The translations under genes were made by a program, and so were the position numbers. Of a DNA stretch of 64,000 nt, positions 63,049 through 64,000 are shown in pieces. Numbering within the stretch: the first letter of the stretch is position 1; each line of letters opens with the position of its first letter. The notes under the pieces were generated by a model. That model did not search any database and was not told the DNA's origin. It saw only the letters and a list, made by a program, of their open reading frames with translations. The DNA is taken from NCBI GenBank assembly GCA_036172245.1, contig JAYWIR010000026.1, forward strand, positions 434,001-498,000, written 5' to 3'. The DNA is from Raillietiella orientalis (lineage: Eukaryota).

Positions 63049-64000
63049 TGGAATAAAGAGTTGCTGCAAGTGCCCCCACTACCCCCAACAAGGGCAGTGG
63101 CTTCCGGCGTGGAGGACTCGGGCAATGCCGGCACGTGGGGGTGCGCCAGATGCAGCCGCTAAGGTAAAAAAAAAAAAAAAAAACGACCGCGCAAACCACA
63201 GAGGCGACTGTGGTCGCGCTCGACGCGTCGTAGTGGAACGTGCCAATGATGAGCGAACCCGCCGTTTTTGAATGTGCGAATGGGCCCAGAAGCCGAAGCG
63301 GCGACCTTCAAGACGGAACCCGTAAGGGTCAGGGCAGTGAACGAAATCTACATCGTCGTGTGTAGAGGAAACGCCGACTTCATAAAGATACGGTTCACAG
63401 GGCAGCATGCAAGTGGATCTGCGGGCAGAGACCCTCGTAGATCGGGCCATTAATCTCAACGGGCGGGTCGCGCGCAGGGTGGGAGAGACGACGGATGCTC
63501 ATCGGCAGAATTCGCTTTGGCATGGGCCGTTCCCCCAGTGTACGGAGCCAAAGAGTGGTGCCAGGCTCTCGTTTAGGCCGCTTTTTTGAGGATCCTGCCT
63601 GCTGGAACGATTGCTGAACCACGATTTTACCCACCAGGCGTCTCGTCTCTGCGTCTTTTCTGGTCCAAATCTGGAAGTCGCCCGAGACTTTTCTTTCTGG
63701 CTGCCGTGAATCGGAGAACGCAATCTTTCAGCTTTCCCGACAATTCTTTCCAGTGGCCTATTGCCCCAGAGGAACTTTTACCGGTCTTTCTCGGAGTGGC
63801 TCGATGGAACCCCAACATCGACTTGTTTGCTTCTTTCGAATGCTCATCGCGGTGAGCTGTGCTTGCAGCATCATCCACTCCATTTGTTTTGGAAAAGCAA
63901 ACCATCGCAATGATATATATCCGCGACTGCAAGGACCTAAGCCTTGCATAGGGAGCAGCAAGAACGCGTTTTCCAGCGTATCTGAAGAAACCGCAGGAAA

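Noticed and set aside
63270..63450. Retroviral aspartic protease remnant (VDLRAET)
   Set aside because: The catalytic DTG/DSG is not present; a single weak motif
1..64000. CRISPR array, prokaryotic operon or defence system
   Set aside because: No regularly spaced repeat-spacer array and no dense intact ORFs; microsatellites, a NUMT and retroelement relics indicate eukaryotic nuclear DNA

Overview
Eukaryotic (probably invertebrate) nuclear DNA with no intact protein-coding gene, RNA gene or prokaryotic system that I can support. The window is a dense graveyard of heavily decayed, frameshifted transposon relics, recognised by eye from residual motifs: Gypsy and BEL/Pao LTR pol pieces, RLE-type (NeSL/Utopia/R2-like) non-LTR pieces, Penelope-like RT and GIY-YIG pieces, and possible DNA-transposon pieces. 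It also holds a short mitochondrial insertion (ATP6-COX3 NUMT), a possible Dscam-like Ig pseudo-exon and microsatellites. Young duplications are superimposed on this old material: an apparently identical 1,827-bp inverted repeat (15455-17281/18393-20219), a three-copy 0.74-1.26-kb repeat in mixed orientation (44.6, 51.4, 59.0 kb) and a 0.57-kb direct repeat (24.4/62.5 kb). Most relics lie on the minus strand. The main exception is a plus-strand block bracketed by inverted repeat copies, which suggests a uni-strand piRNA-cluster-like locus with a local inversion (inference). TE family calls are unverified motif recognition, and most relic boundaries are approximate.
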